Positions 45,941 through 56,201 are shown, numbered from the stretch's first letter. The stretch: 64,000 nt of DNA from Qipengyuania sp. (GCF_048550555.1 NZ_JBLYYF010000009.1:19-64018); one strand, 5' to 3'. Notes: generated from the sequence alone by a model not told the origin. Program-made: numbers and translations.

Positions 45941-47259
45941 TCGACAGGACGCTGGCGGGATTCGCGTCGGCCTCGCTCGATCTGGCGCCGCGCCGCTTCG
46001 GTCGCGTGGTTGCCTGCGATGGCGGCTTGATCGAGGTCTCCGGCCTCGGGGTGCCGATCGGCACGATCTGCGGCATCGCCCAGGGCGCGTCGACGGAACA
46101 CCGTGCGGAGACCATCGGCTTCCGCAACGGCCATACGATGATGATGATGCTCGGCGACACCGTGCTGTTGCGACCCGGCGCTATCGTCCGCCCCGAAGGG
46201 CGCCCCGGCATGCTGCATGTCGGCTCCGAATTCCTCGGCCGCGCGGTCGACGGTTCGGGCGAACCGATCGACGGGCGAGGGCCGATAGGGGCGACCACAA
46301 GCTGGCCTGCAGGCGGCTACCGCGTCGGCGCACTCGACCGTTCGCGGGTCACCCAGGTCTTCGACAGCGGCATTCGCTCGCTCAACGCGCTCACGACTTT
46401 CGGCATCGGCCAGCGTATCGGCATCATGGCCGGTTCGGGTGTCGGCAAGTCGGTGCTGATGGACATGATCGTCGACGGGGCCCAGGCCGATGCCGTCGTC
46501 GTCGGATTGATCGGCGAACGGGCGCGCGAAGTGTCCGATTTCGTCACCCGCCACATGGCGGGCGAACGCGCCGCCAATACCGCGATCGTCGCCGTGCCCG
46601 CCGACCACGCCGCCAATCTGCGTCTGCGCGGGGCGATGCTCGCGACCTCGATTGCCGAGCATCTGCGTTCGCAGGGCAAGCGCGTCCTGCTGATCCTCGA
46701 CAGCCTCACCCGCGTGGCCCATGCGGCGCGCGAGATCGGTATCCTTCTGGGGGAGCCGGGCGCCGCGCGCGGCTATCCGCCCTCGGCGCTGGCGACTATT
46801 ACCAAGCTGATCGAGAGGGCGGGCAATTCACAGGAATCGGGCGGCGCCATTACCGGCATCTACACCGTGCTCGCCGATGGCGACGACCAGAACGATCCCG
46901 TGGTCGACACGGCTCGCGCAATCCTCGACGGGCATATCGTGCTGTCGCGAGAGATCGCCCAGCGCGGCCAGTATCCGGCCGTAGACGTGGGGGCCTCGCT
47001 CAGCCGCGTGATGAACGACATCGTCCCGCCCGAATGCGCCGCCACGGCGCGCCGGTTCCGGGCGCTGAGCGCGATCTACGAGGCCAATCGCGATCTGGTC
47101 ATGATGGGCGCCTATCGCCAGGGCGCCGATCCGCTGCTCGACGAGGCGATCGCGCTGCACCCGCGCATGTCCGCGTTCCTTTCTCAGGGCTGGGCCGAAC
47201 GCATCGATGTCGCCACTGCCTTCGCCCAGATGACCGAGCTGGTCGGCAATGGCGCCTGA
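45928..47259 (+). CDS. fliI: flagellar export ATPase
   Basis: GQRIGIMAGSGVGKS, LIGERARE, LILDSLTR, GYPPS. Start ATG 45928. Confidence 0.95.
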   Translation: MQDLIDRTLAGFASASLDLAPRRFGRVVACDGGLIEVSGLGVPIGTICGIAQGASTEHRAETIGFRNGHTMMMMLGDTVLLRPGAIVRPEGRPGMLHVGSEFLGRAVDGSGEPIDGRGPIGATTSWPAGGYRVGALDRSRVTQVFDSGIRSLNALTTFGIGQRIGIMAGSGVGKSVLMDMIVDGAQADAVVVGLIGERAREVSDFVTRHMAGERAANTAIVAVPADHAANLRLRGAMLATSIAEHLRSQGKRVLLILDSLTRVAHAAREIGILLGEPGAARGYPPSALATITKLIERAGNSQESGGAITGIYTVLADGDDQNDPVVDTARAILDGHIVLSREIAQRGQYPAVDVGASLSRVMNDIVPPECAATARRFRALSAIYEANRDLVMMGAYRQGADPLLDEAIALHPRMSAFLSQGWAERIDVATAFAQMTELVGNGA

Positions 47260-47635
47260 GCGCAAGAAGCTCAAACGCGCCCAGCTGATCCAGCGGATCA
47301 GGACGGTCGAGCGGATGCAATCGGCGGTCGCGGCCAGCGAGGCCGAGGCCAACCGCATGCGCCTTTCCGGCGTGGCCGAACGGACGCGCAGCCTTGCTGC
47401 CCATTATGCCCGCCGGGACGACGATCTCGTCGGCGCCGACCTGCGCAGCGGCAAGGCGATGCAAGATCAATTGCAGAAGCTCTCCGAGCTGAGCGAACGA
47501 CAGGCGCAGGAGGCCGAACTGCAGTCGCAGGCGCGGCGTGAAGACTTCGCTCAATCGGACCTGCGCCTCCGCAAGGCGGAGGAAGGGACGCGCGACCTCG
47601 TTCGCACCATCGTCGCGGGCTTGGGAAAGGCTTGA
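47249..47635 (+). CDS. FliJ-like coiled-coil export protein
   Basis: 128-aa helical protein directly after fliI; call is based on position and composition only. Confidence 0.6.
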   Translation: MAPERKKLKRAQLIQRIRTVERMQSAVAASEAEANRMRLSGVAERTRSLAAHYARRDDDLVGADLRSGKAMQDQLQKLSELSERQAQEAELQSQARREDFAQSDLRLRKAEEGTRDLVRTIVAGLGKA

Positions 47636-47648
47636 CCCGGAACGCGTT

Positions 47649-47665
47649 TTGGCACGCTTCTTGAT
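47649..47665 (+). promoter_or_regulatory. sigma54 promoter upstream of the fliK-like gene (variant -12)
   Basis: TTGGCACGCTTCTTGAT: -24 GG intact, TTGA instead of TTGC. Confidence 0.55.
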
Positions 47666-47696
47666 AGTAAGTCCGCAAACAACAAGCGGACTTGCC

Positions 47697-49271
47697 ATGA
47701 CTTTTTCACTCGCTCTGCCGAAATCGCTGGATAGCCTCCTTCCCGTCGCCGCATTCGAGGGCGAGAACGGTCGGAAATCCGCGACTTCGCAGGGTGGTGA
47801 CGGCTTTGCCGAGCTGCTCAATCAGTTGGCGTCCGTTATCCCTCCCGCGCGCGGAGAGGGAGCCGCCGGAGACAAGGCAGCGATCGACCGGCAAGCCGGT
47901 GATTTGCCGACCGGCAATTCCTTGCCGGTTGCCGACCCTGGGCTGCCGCTCATGCTGCCGGAAATGCCGGACTCCGATGAAGCGGACGAAGCGTCTCCTG
48001 TCTCCGGCATCGTACCCTTCATGGCGTCGCCGATCGCCGCGCCGGTGCTGGCGCTCAAAGCACCCGCCGGAGGCGTTTCGGCAAGCCGCACCAGTGTCGA
48101 CCCGATGCCCGCAACCGATCTCCCCAAGATCGCCATGCCTGCCGCGCTTGCACCCGGCAAGGCAGCCGAACTGCCGATCGGCGCCCAGGCTGCGAGCGAA
48201 CCGAAGAGCAAGAGGCTCGAGGTGCGCATCGCTGCCGCCGGGGACCCCAGCACGCCGAAGGCCCCGGCGATGACCGCGGAGGCGGTAGGCGGCAAGGCCA
48301 GGATGGAGCTTCCCGTGTCGGATACCCCCGCTGCGGCGGCGGGCAAGTCGCAAGACCCTTCCGCCATCGGCGAGGCTCTCGCACGCCCCGATGGGGCGCG
48401 TCCGATCCGCACGGTTGGCGAACTCCGCAAGGACCTGTCGGGCGATCGCACTACAGCCGCGTCGGCCAAGCCGCTCGCCGAGGGTGAGGCGGTGATCGCG
48501 GCCAAGCTGGCGACGGGCGAAGCCGATGCTGCGCCCAAGGCCGAGCGCGTGCCCACTGCACGGGCGGCCACTACCTCGATGGAGGACAATTCGCGTCCCG
48601 CCACGCATGGCGCACGGGTCGAGCGAGCCGGAGAACTGGCGGCGGCTTCCGACCGCGAGGGCAAGCTTAAGCCCGCCGGTTCGGAAACTGCCGAAAGCGT
48701 ATCGCGCATGGCATCACCGCTCGATGGAGCGAAGAGCCCGATCCACGCCGCAGGGCGGATCGACGACGGAACGACCGTCGCGGGTGCGGTTCCCACGACG
48801 GCGCGGCCGGTCGTCAACGACCAGTTCGCCCAGGTCGAACGCATCGTCGACCAGATCATGGCCGCGCGCCACGTCGATTTCGCCAAGGCGGCGACGATCG
48901 CCGTCGCGCACAAGGACTTCGGTGACCTGACGGTCACGTTTGATTCCTCGAACGACGGCATGAACGTCCGCATCGCCGCCGAAGACAGCGAATCCCATCG
49001 CGCGCTCGCGGCGGCGATGGCGCAGGATCGCGGGCCGGTTCGCCAGCAGGAGACGGTCAGCCAAGCGCACCCCGCTTCGACCCAGACCGCCCAGGCGGGT
49101 GCGGAACGTGGGGCGAATTCGGGCCAGACGGGTACCGGCTTCGGCCAGGGCGGGGCGACCGGCGAGCAGCGCCAGCAGCAGGGCGAGCAGCGCGGCCGCG
49201 CCAGCGCTCAGTCGAACACCGCTCCCCAGCACGGCAAGCCCTCGTCGTCCGACGATGCGCTCTACGCCTAA
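47697..49271 (+). CDS. hook-length control protein-like
   Basis: Long Ala/Pro-rich low-complexity region, then a FliK-type C-terminal domain (HKDFGDLTVTF...MNVRIAA) and a Gln/Gly tail; precedes fliL. Confidence 0.7.
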   Translation: MTFSLALPKSLDSLLPVAAFEGENGRKSATSQGGDGFAELLNQLASVIPPARGEGAAGDKAAIDRQAGDLPTGNSLPVADPGLPLMLPEMPDSDEADEASPVSGIVPFMASPIAAPVLALKAPAGGVSASRTSVDPMPATDLPKIAMPAALAPGKAAELPIGAQAASEPKSKRLEVRIAAAGDPSTPKAPAMTAEAVGGKARMELPVSDTPAAAAGKSQDPSAIGEALARPDGARPIRTVGELRKDLSGDRTTAASAKPLAEGEAVIAAKLATGEADAAPKAERVPTARAATTSMEDNSRPATHGARVERAGELAAASDREGKLKPAGSETAESVSRMASPLDGAKSPIHAAGRIDDGTTVAGAVPTTARPVVNDQFAQVERIVDQIMAARHVDFAKAATIAVAHKDFGDLTVTFDSSNDGMNVRIAAEDSESHRALAAAMAQDRGPVRQQETVSQAHPASTQTAQAGAERGANSGQTGTGFGQGGATGEQRQQQGEQRGRASAQSNTAPQHGKPSSSDDALYA

Positions 49272-49304
49272 GCGATAATTTCAAGGTCCAGCCAGGATAA
49301 TACG

Positions 49305-49895
49305 ATGTCGAACGAAGAACCCACTACCGAACCCCAGCCGACGAAGAAGAAAGGCGGCAAGCTCAAGCTGCTGCTCCTTTCCCTTGTTCTTCTCGGCGCC
49401 GGCGGCGGCGGCACCTATGCGGCATTCGCCAGCGGTATGCTGGGCGCGCACAGCACCCAGAAGGAAGACAAGAACCCCAAGCTTGTCCGCAAGGGCGAGG
49501 AAGATCCCTATCCCGTGGGCGGCGAGGAAAAGGAAGGCCAAGGGACACCGATGGTTCACGGTGGCGGCGGCGGCGAGTATCGCACCGCCTATTACGACTT
49601 CACCGACGAGTTCACCTCGAACCTCGCCGATGGTGCCGCGCTGGTCCAGGTCAGCCTTGCCGCCTCGACCCATTACGACGGTCGCGTGCTGATGTGGCTC
49701 GACGAGCATGAAACCGCCATTCGCTCGCGCATTCTCGCCGAACTCGCGGCGACGAGCGAAGCCGACCTCGCCAGCATCAAGGGCAAGGAAGAGCTGCAGA
49801 AGCGCCTGACCAAGGCGATCAACCAGACGCTCGAGGAGCGCGAGGGCTTCGGCGGCGTCGACAACGTCTACTTCCGGTCGTTCATCGTCCAATGA
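49305..49895 (+). CDS. fliL: flagellar basal body-associated protein
   Basis: KKKGGKLK plus TM helix, FTSNL, GKEELQKRL, VDNVYFRSFIVQ. Confidence 0.92.
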   Translation: MSNEEPTTEPQPTKKKGGKLKLLLLSLVLLGAGGGGTYAAFASGMLGAHSTQKEDKNPKLVRKGEEDPYPVGGEEKEGQGTPMVHGGGGGEYRTAYYDFTDEFTSNLADGAALVQVSLAASTHYDGRVLMWLDEHETAIRSRILAELAATSEADLASIKGKEELQKRLTKAINQTLEEREGFGGVDNVYFRSFIVQ

Positions 49896-50788
49896 TCTCT
49901 TCGTCCCTCCCCGAACCCAGCGGCCGGGCAGCACGTCACTGCGACGAACTGCTGAGCCGTGCGGCGACACCGCCCGATCTCGACCTCGAGTTCGCGCGCT
50001 TCGCCCGTGGCTTTGCCGACCAGGCCCGCACGCAGCTGTCGGCACTGTGTGACGATCGCGGTCTCCTGACCGAAATCGTCGAGACCGAACTGCTGCCGGT
50101 CAGCGACTGGTACGCCAAGGTCGGCACGGCGAACCGCCACAGCTATTATTCCATGGGTCAGGAAAGTCGCGGCATTCTGGTGTCCGTGCGGATCGGGGAA
50201 CTGGTCGCGCAGTTCGAGCGCATCCTCGGCGGTACGGGCGAAGTCGACGAAGGTTGCACCGTCCTGCCGGCATCGGCCAAGCGCTTCGCCCAGCAGTTCG
50301 AGGATCGCATGGCCGAGGCCCTGCGCCGCACGAGCGATCGGCGCGAGATCGCGACGAGTGCCAATGGTGAAGAGGTCGAGCAGGTCGCACCCTTCGCTGC
50401 CGGCGATCGCGTGTGGACCATCACGCTCGAAGTCAGCAGCATCAAGGCTGCGTGCTCCTGGACGGTCCGCCTTGCGGTCTGCCGTCCGATGATTGCCGAA
50501 ATCGTCGGTACGCGCGCGGTTTCCCCCGCGACGGGCCGCACCATCGGCGCACGCGGTCTCGACGGTTCGGCGATCGCCGATGTCGACCTGCCGCTGCGCG
50601 CGGTGCTGGTCGACGTGCCGATGTCGATCGCGCAGCTCGCCAGCCTCGCACCGGGATCGGTCATCCCCGTCGCGGTGAACCGCAACGTTCCGCTTTTGAC
50701 CGGCAATCTCACTCTTGCGCATGGTTGCGTCGGCGAACTCGACGACCGCGTCGCTCTCGAACTCACCCAGACTTTCCTTTCGGAGTAA
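49892..50788 (+). CDS. fliM: divergent flagellar switch protein FliM
   Basis: C-terminal SpoA domain (LRAVLVDVPMSIAQLASLAPGSVIP); lies between fliL and fliN. Confidence 0.75.
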   Translation: MISSSLPEPSGRAARHCDELLSRAATPPDLDLEFARFARGFADQARTQLSALCDDRGLLTEIVETELLPVSDWYAKVGTANRHSYYSMGQESRGILVSVRIGELVAQFERILGGTGEVDEGCTVLPASAKRFAQQFEDRMAEALRRTSDRREIATSANGEEVEQVAPFAAGDRVWTITLEVSSIKAACSWTVRLAVCRPMIAEIVGTRAVSPATGRTIGARGLDGSAIADVDLPLRAVLVDVPMSIAQLASLAPGSVIPVAVNRNVPLLTGNLTLAHGCVGELDDRVALELTQTFLSE

Positions 50789-50793
50789 TACCA

Positions 50794-51117
50794 ATGGCTT
50801 CGCATGCAGACGGCTTCGGCCTCATCCAGGACATCGATGTCCGCCTCACCGTCGAGCTCGGACGCAAGTCGATGCGCCTGCGCGATGTTCTCGCGCTCGG
50901 CGAATCGAGCGTCATCGAGCTCGACCGGCTGACCGACGAACCGCTCGACATGTTCGTCAACGGCAAGCTGATCGCGCGTGGCGAGGTGATCGCCCAAGGC
51001 AGTCGCTTCGCCATCCGCGTCCTCGAGATCGTCGGTGCCACCTCGAGCGACGCATCGCTCGATCGCCGCGCGCCGCCGCTCACCGTGTCCTCGACCGGCG
51101 CAGGTGAGCTCGCCTGA
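50794..51117 (+). CDS. fliN: flagellar switch protein FliN
   Basis: DIDVRLTVELGRKSMRLRDVLALGESSVIELDR, VNGKLIARGEV. Start ATG 50794. Confidence 0.93.
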   Translation: MASHADGFGLIQDIDVRLTVELGRKSMRLRDVLALGESSVIELDRLTDEPLDMFVNGKLIARGEVIAQGSRFAIRVLEIVGATSSDASLDRRAPPLTVSSTGAGELA

Positions 51118-51398
51118 TGTTCTGGTACGTTCTCAAACTGCTGATCCTGCTGCCGCTGATCGGCGCGATGATCTGGGGCAGCCTCAAGCTGGCCAAGAAG
51201 ATGCAGGGTCAGTTCGGCGCCCCGGCAGGTGGCAGCAAGGCGGTGCGAATCGTCGAGACGACGATGCTGTCGCCCACCCTGCGCCTTGCCGTGATCGAAT
51301 TCCACGGTCGCGAAATCCTCGTTTCGACCTCGCGCAACGGCCTTACGCGGCTGGCCGAGGCTCCCGCGCGCCCGCAGATCGAGGAACCCGTCCAGTGA
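51117..51398 (+). CDS. fliO: flagellar biosynthesis protein FliO-like
   Basis: N-terminal TM helix, then IVETTMLSPTLRLAVIEF; lies between fliN and fliP. Confidence 0.8.
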   Translation: MFWYVLKLLILLPLIGAMIWGSLKLAKKMQGQFGAPAGGSKAVRIVETTMLSPTLRLAVIEFHGREILVSTSRNGLTRLAEAPARPQIEEPVQ

Positions 51399-52162
51399 TC
51401 GCACGCCTGACCAAGCTTGCGGCCACGCTGGCCGCGCTGACCTATCCCGCCCTGGCCGCCGCACAGACCGGCGATGCCGCGGTCTCGGGCGCGCTCGACC
51501 GCGCCTTTGGCCAGATGGCGGGCGCCGGTGGCGAGCCGTTGAGCCTGTCGCTCCAGCTGCTGCTGGTGATGGGCCTGCTGACCATCCTGCCCGCATTGCT
51601 GCTGATGATGACCAGCTTCACCCGTATCATCGTGGTGCTCGCGATCCTACGCCAGGCCCTGGGGCTGCAACAGTCGCCGCCAAACCAGGTGCTGATCGGG
51701 ATCAGCCTGTTCCTCTCGCTCTTCATCATGGCGCCGACGCTGGAGAAGGTGAACGAAACCGCCATCGCGCCCTATTCGGCGGGAACGATCGGGGCCGAAG
51801 TCGCGATCGAACGCGCCGGCGACCAGTTCCATGGCTTCATGATCCGCCAGACGCGCGAATACGATCTCGAAATGTTCGCCGACATCGCCAAGGCAGGCAA
51901 GTTCGCCAGCCCGCAGGACGTGCCTTTCTCGATCCTGCTGCCGGCCTTCGTCACCAGCGAGCTGAAGACCGCCTTCCAGATCGGCTTCATGCTGTTCCTG
52001 CCGTTCCTGGTCATCGACCTGGTCGTCTCCAGCGTGCTGATGAGTCTCGGCATGATGATGATGAGCCCGATGATCGTCTCGCTCCCCTTCAAGCTGCTGC
52101 TGTTCGTCCTGGTGGACGGCTGGGCGCTGCTGATGGGTTCGCTCGCCTCAAGCTTCGGATAA
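51395..52162 (+). CDS. fliP: flagellar export gate protein
   Basis: MMTSFTRIIVVL, RQALGLQQSPPNQVL, PAFVTSELKTAFQIGF, LPFKLLLFVLVDGW. GTG start 51395. Confidence 0.96.
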   Translation: MIARLTKLAATLAALTYPALAAAQTGDAAVSGALDRAFGQMAGAGGEPLSLSLQLLLVMGLLTILPALLLMMTSFTRIIVVLAILRQALGLQQSPPNQVLIGISLFLSLFIMAPTLEKVNETAIAPYSAGTIGAEVAIERAGDQFHGFMIRQTREYDLEMFADIAKAGKFASPQDVPFSILLPAFVTSELKTAFQIGFMLFLPFLVIDLVVSSVLMSLGMMMMSPMIVSLPFKLLLFVLVDGWALLMGSLASSFG

Positions 52163-52166
52163 TCTC

Positions 52167-52439
52167 ATGGACGAAAGCGCCATCCTTCTTTCCATGGCCG
52201 ACCGCATGCTGTGGATCGCCGCGCTGGTCGCGGCGCCGATCCTCATCGCCAGTCTCGCCATCGGCCTCGTCGTCGGCCTCGTGCAGGCAGCAACCTCGGT
52301 CAACGAACAGACGCTGACCTTCGTCCCCAAGCTGGCGGCAGTGGCCTTCGTGCTGGTCATCCTCGGCGCATCGATGATGGCGCTGGTGGTCGACTTCTCG
52401 CAGGACATCTTCGCCGAGATTGCGCGGATCGGCCACTGA
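52167..52439 (+). CDS. fliQ: flagellar export gate protein
   Basis: QAATSVNEQTLTFVPKL. Confidence 0.95.
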   Translation: MDESAILLSMADRMLWIAALVAAPILIASLAIGLVVGLVQAATSVNEQTLTFVPKLAAVAFVLVILGASMMALVVDFSQDIFAEIARIGH

Positions 52440-52449
52440 GGGACGCGCG

Positions 52450-53235
52450 GTGAACGGGCTCGATCTCGGTTTCGGTGCGCTGGAGCAGGACATGTGGCGG
52501 GTCGTCTTCCTGATGACCCGGCTCGGTGCCGCGCTGCTCGCCGCGCCTTTCTTCGGGGCGACCGCCGTGCCCATGTCAGTGCGCGTGTCGATCACCGGCG
52601 CGCTGGCGATCTTCGTGTCGATCTGGATGCCGGCGATCCAGACGCCGGACGCGCTGCTTTCGCTGGCCGGGCTCCTCGCCGTCGCCGGCGAAGTGCTCGT
52701 TGGGCTCGCGCTCGGCTTCGTGCTGCAGCTGGCCTTTGCCGCGCCGACCGTGGCCGCCGAAGTCATCGGCGGGGGCATGGGCATGAGCATGGCCGTCTCG
52801 CAGGACGCCATGGGGGGAGGGACCACGACGTCCTTCGGCCAGTATTTCGTGATCGTCCTGACGCTGATCTTCCTCGCCACCGGCGCGCATCTCCACTGGA
52901 TCGCGCTGGTCACCGAAAGCTACCGCGCCTTCCCGCCGGGCCAGACCTGGCTCGGCGCGGAGCGGCTGGCCGAGATCGTCGGCTTCGGCAGTTTCATGTT
53001 CGAAACGGCGGTGCGGATCGCCCTGCCGGTGACCGTCATCCTGCTGCTGGTGCAGGTGCTGACCGGGATCCTCAGCCGTTCGGCGCCTTCGCTCAACCTC
53101 TTCGCGCTCGGCCTGCCGGCGGGCGTCCTGGCGGGCATGGCCGCGCTGATCATTTCCGCCCCGCTGATCTACGACCAGTTCGCGGGGATCGTTGGCGTGG
53201 CGCTCGACCAGAGCGAAAGCGTGCTGGCACGATGA
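52450..53235 (+). CDS. fliR: flagellar export gate protein
   Basis: RLGAALLAAPFFG, GEVLVG, RSAPSLNLFALGLP. GTG start 52450. Confidence 0.93.
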   Translation: MNGLDLGFGALEQDMWRVVFLMTRLGAALLAAPFFGATAVPMSVRVSITGALAIFVSIWMPAIQTPDALLSLAGLLAVAGEVLVGLALGFVLQLAFAAPTVAAEVIGGGMGMSMAVSQDAMGGGTTTSFGQYFVIVLTLIFLATGAHLHWIALVTESYRAFPPGQTWLGAERLAEIVGFGSFMFETAVRIALPVTVILLLVQVLTGILSRSAPSLNLFALGLPAGVLAGMAALIISAPLIYDQFAGIVGVALDQSESVLAR

Positions 53236-54392
53236 GCGAGGACGCCGGTGAAAAGAACTTCGCGCCAACCGAAAAGCGGATGGCCGATGCCGCCAAGAAG
53301 GGCGACGTCCTCCGCTCGAAGGATGCTGGGACGGCCGCGGTCATGCTGTTCGGCGGAGCATGGCTGGCCTTCGCCGGGCCGTGGTTGCTCGAGGGCCTGG
53401 CAAATCTGACGCGCGAAGCCTTCCGCTTCGATACGCGCGACATTCGCGATTTCGGGGTCGACGACCTGCTGATGCAGGGTCTGCTACTGGGGGTCCCCGC
53501 AATCCTCACGCTTGCCGTGCCGGTGATCATCGTCACGCTGGTCACCCAGCTGGGTTTCGGGCGCGGCCGCTGGGTGGCCGAGAATCTCAAGGCCAAGGGC
53601 CAGCGCATCAACCCGCTGTCGGGTCTCAAGCGCATGTTCGGTCCGCAGGGGCTGGTCGAAATGGGCAAGGGCCTGCTCAAGGTCACTTTGCTCGGCAGCA
53701 TTGCCCTGGTCTGGTGGTGGAACAGTATGGAGACCATCGTCGGGCTCGGCCGGGGCAACCTCTCGGCCCAGCTAACCGCTGCCTGGCACGCCATCATCTC
53801 GCTGATCTTCGCCCTGGCCGCCGGGCTCGTGATCATCGCCTTCGTCGATTTCCCGATCCAGTGGCTGCGGCAGCAGAAGCGGCTGAAGATGAGCCATCAG
53901 GAAATGCGCGACGAGAACAAGGAAAGCGAGGGCTCGCCCGAGATGAAGGCCGCGCGGCGCCAGCGGCAGCGCGATATCGCCACCGGATCGGTCGCCGGCG
54001 CGATGCGCGAGGCGCAGTTCGTCGTCACCAACCCGACCCATTTCGCCGTCGCCATGACTTACGACCCGGCCAAGGCCTCGGCGCCGATCGTCCTTGCCAA
54101 GGGGCGCGGCGACAAGGCCATGGCGATGAAGGAGCTGGCACGCGAGAACGACCTGCCGATGCTCGAGATCCCGCAGCTCGCGCGTTCGCTCTACTACACG
54201 ACGCGCGAACGGCAGGTGATCTGCGAAGATCTCTACGGTGCCGTCGCCGCGGTGCTCGCCTACGTCTTCTCGCTCAAGCGCGGCGAAACCCCGCCGTTGC
54301 CCAGCGTCCAGGTGCCCGCTGCACTTCAGTTCGACGTCGATGGGCGCTTGCCGGTTAATCCTGCGGCGTCCGGGCCGTTATCAGAGCGATGA
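53232..54392 (+). CDS. flhB: flagellar export switch protein
   Basis: EKNFAPTEKR, KESEGSPE, autocleavage motif VTNPTH, AKGRG. Confidence 0.95.
   Translation: MSEDAGEKNFAPTEKRMADAAKKGDVLRSKDAGTAAVMLFGGAWLAFAGPWLLEGLANLTREAFRFDTRDIRDFGVDDLLMQGLLLGVPAILTLAVPVIIVTLVTQLGFGRGRWVAENLKAKGQRINPLSGLKRMFGPQGLVEMGKGLLKVTLLGSIALVWWWNSMETIVGLGRGNLSAQLTAAWHAIISLIFALAAGLVIIAFVDFPIQWLRQQKRLKMSHQEMRDENKESEGSPEMKAARRQRQRDIATGSVAGAMREAQFVVTNPTHFAVAMTYDPAKASAPIVLAKGRGDKAMAMKELARENDLPMLEIPQLARSLYYTTRERQVICEDLYGAVAAVLAYVFSLKRGETPPLPSVQVPAALQFDVDGRLPVNPAASGPLSER
54355..54381 (+). promoter_or_regulatory. sigma28 promoter of fliD-fliS, inside the flhB 3' end
   Basis: TTAAT-N14-GCCGTTAT, 7 nt before the fliD ATG. Confidence 0.65.
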
Positions 54393-55807
54393 GTATTTCC
54401 GCCTCCTCGATCGCCACTTCGCTGGGCATTGGCAGCGGCGTGGACATGACCGGCATTGCCGAGCAGCTCGCCGAGGCGCAGTTCGCCGGGCGCAACGAGC
54501 GCCTGACTGCCAAGTCGGAAACGCTCGAGCGGCGCATCTCGCTCGCCGGTTCGATCCGCAGCACCTTCGCGGCCTTCGCCAGCGCAATGGGAGACCGCCT
54601 GCGCACGGGCGACCTCGCGCCGTTGCCCTCGATAAGCAATGCGACGGTTGCCGCCGTGAGCTCTCCTCTGGGCTCGGTCGGGAAGGGCAGCTACACGCTC
54701 GAGATTTCCAAGCTGGCGAGCAACCAGGTTCTGAGCGGCCCCACCTATGCCAGCGCTTCCGACACGGTCGGTGCCGGCACGCTGACCATCCGCTTCGGCG
54801 AATCCACCAATTCCGGCTTTACCGAGGACACCGGTCATGCGGCGCTCAGCATCGACATCCCGGCAGGGGCAACGCTGAGCGACGTTGCCACGGCCATCAA
54901 CGCCAAGAACGCGGGGCTCAGTGCCTATGTCGCGCAGACGGGAAGCGGTGCCCAGCTGGTGGTGAAGGGGGCCGAAGGGCTCCAGAACGGCTTCGTCATC
55001 GAGGCGGTCGAGGATGGCGCGAATCCCGGGCTCTCGGCGCTCGCTTGGCAGGCCGGCGACGATCCCGCGCGGCTGGTCAAGACGTCCGCCGATGCCGAAT
55101 ATTCGCTCGACGGCATTGCCCGCACCAGCGCGTCGAACAAGATCGACAAGGTCGTCCCCGGCCTTTCGCTGAACCTTACCGGGACCAATGTCGGCGCGCC
55201 CGCGACGATTACCTTCGGCAACCCCGGCAGCGCGATCGCCAGCGTCATGCAGGACATCACCGGCGCGCTCAACGAGATCATCGGCGAACTGCGCAGTGCC
55301 ATCGACCCGATGACCGGCGATCTCGCGAGAGACAGCGGCGCCCGTTCGCTCAGCCGCAAGCTCTCCGGACTGGGGTCGATGGTGATCATGCCCAATGCGG
55401 CTCCTGGCGCACCACGGACGCTGGCCGAACTCGGCCTCGCCATCGGGCGCGACGGCAGTTTCAGTTTCGACGCCGCCAAGCTCACCGCCGTGATGGAGCG
55501 CGATCCCTCGGCCGTCGCGGCGATGTTCACCACTGGCCTCAACGGTGTGTATGCGACGATCGACAAGATGGCGCGTTCGAACAGTCTTTCGAGCGATCCG
55601 GGCTCGCTGGCCGGTTCGATCGCCCGTTACCAGACGCAGTCGCAGCAGGTGACGGAAGAGTTGGAAAAACTCGCCGAACAGCAGGAGACGCTGCGTGCCA
55701 CCATGGTCGCCCGCTTCGCCAAGGCCGACAGCCAGGTTGCCGCATCGAAGTCGACCCTGTCCTTCCTCCAGTCCCAGATCGACATCTGGAACGCGCAGAA
55801 GAACTGA
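54389..55807 (+). CDS. fliD: flagellar filament cap protein
   Basis: SLGIGSGVD N-terminus, SNKIDKVVPGLSLNL, MVARF C-terminus. Confidence 0.93.
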   Translation: MSISASSIATSLGIGSGVDMTGIAEQLAEAQFAGRNERLTAKSETLERRISLAGSIRSTFAAFASAMGDRLRTGDLAPLPSISNATVAAVSSPLGSVGKGSYTLEISKLASNQVLSGPTYASASDTVGAGTLTIRFGESTNSGFTEDTGHAALSIDIPAGATLSDVATAINAKNAGLSAYVAQTGSGAQLVVKGAEGLQNGFVIEAVEDGANPGLSALAWQAGDDPARLVKTSADAEYSLDGIARTSASNKIDKVVPGLSLNLTGTNVGAPATITFGNPGSAIASVMQDITGALNEIIGELRSAIDPMTGDLARDSGARSLSRKLSGLGSMVIMPNAAPGAPRTLAELGLAIGRDGSFSFDAAKLTAVMERDPSAVAAMFTTGLNGVYATIDKMARSNSLSSDPGSLAGSIARYQTQSQQVTEELEKLAEQQETLRATMVARFAKADSQVAASKSTLSFLQSQIDIWNAQKN

Positions 55808-55808
55808 C

Positions 55809-56201
55809 ATGCTAGCCCGAGCCCGACCCGGCGAAGCCTACCGGGAAAGCAACTTCGATGTGCGCCTGAAGGCCAGCGGTCGCGACGATCTTGTGCTGAT
55901 CTGCCTCGACGATCTCATCGAAAACCTGGGCGTGCTTCAGATCACCGAATCGCGGGGCGATCGCGCGTCGCGCAGCCGCACGCTGACGCGCTGCGTCACG
56001 GCGTTGACCGCATTGGAGATGGGCATCGACCGCGAGGCCGAACTGGCAACGAGCCTGATGCAGTTCTATGGTGCGGCGAAGGGCCTGTTGCTGGATTCGA
56101 TCCGCGCCATCGACCTTCAGAAAATCACGCAATTGCGCGGTGACCTGCGCGAAATCGCCGCGGCATTCCGCGCCGCGAAACTCGCCGCCGCGGCGGCCTG
56201 A
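55809..56201 (+). CDS. fliS: flagellin chaperone FliS-like
   Basis: EAYRES...ASGRDDLVLICLD, ELATSLMQFY; follows fliD. Confidence 0.75.
   Translation: MLARARPGEAYRESNFDVRLKASGRDDLVLICLDDLIENLGVLQITESRGDRASRSRTLTRCVTALTALEMGIDREAELATSLMQFYGAAKGLLLDSIRAIDLQKITQLRGDLREIAAAFRAAKLAAAAA

Noticed and set aside
47697-49271. Low-complexity Ala/Pro-rich sequence as a repeat element
   Set aside because: No tandem nucleotide periodicity was seen; it is explained by the FliK-like ruler domain.
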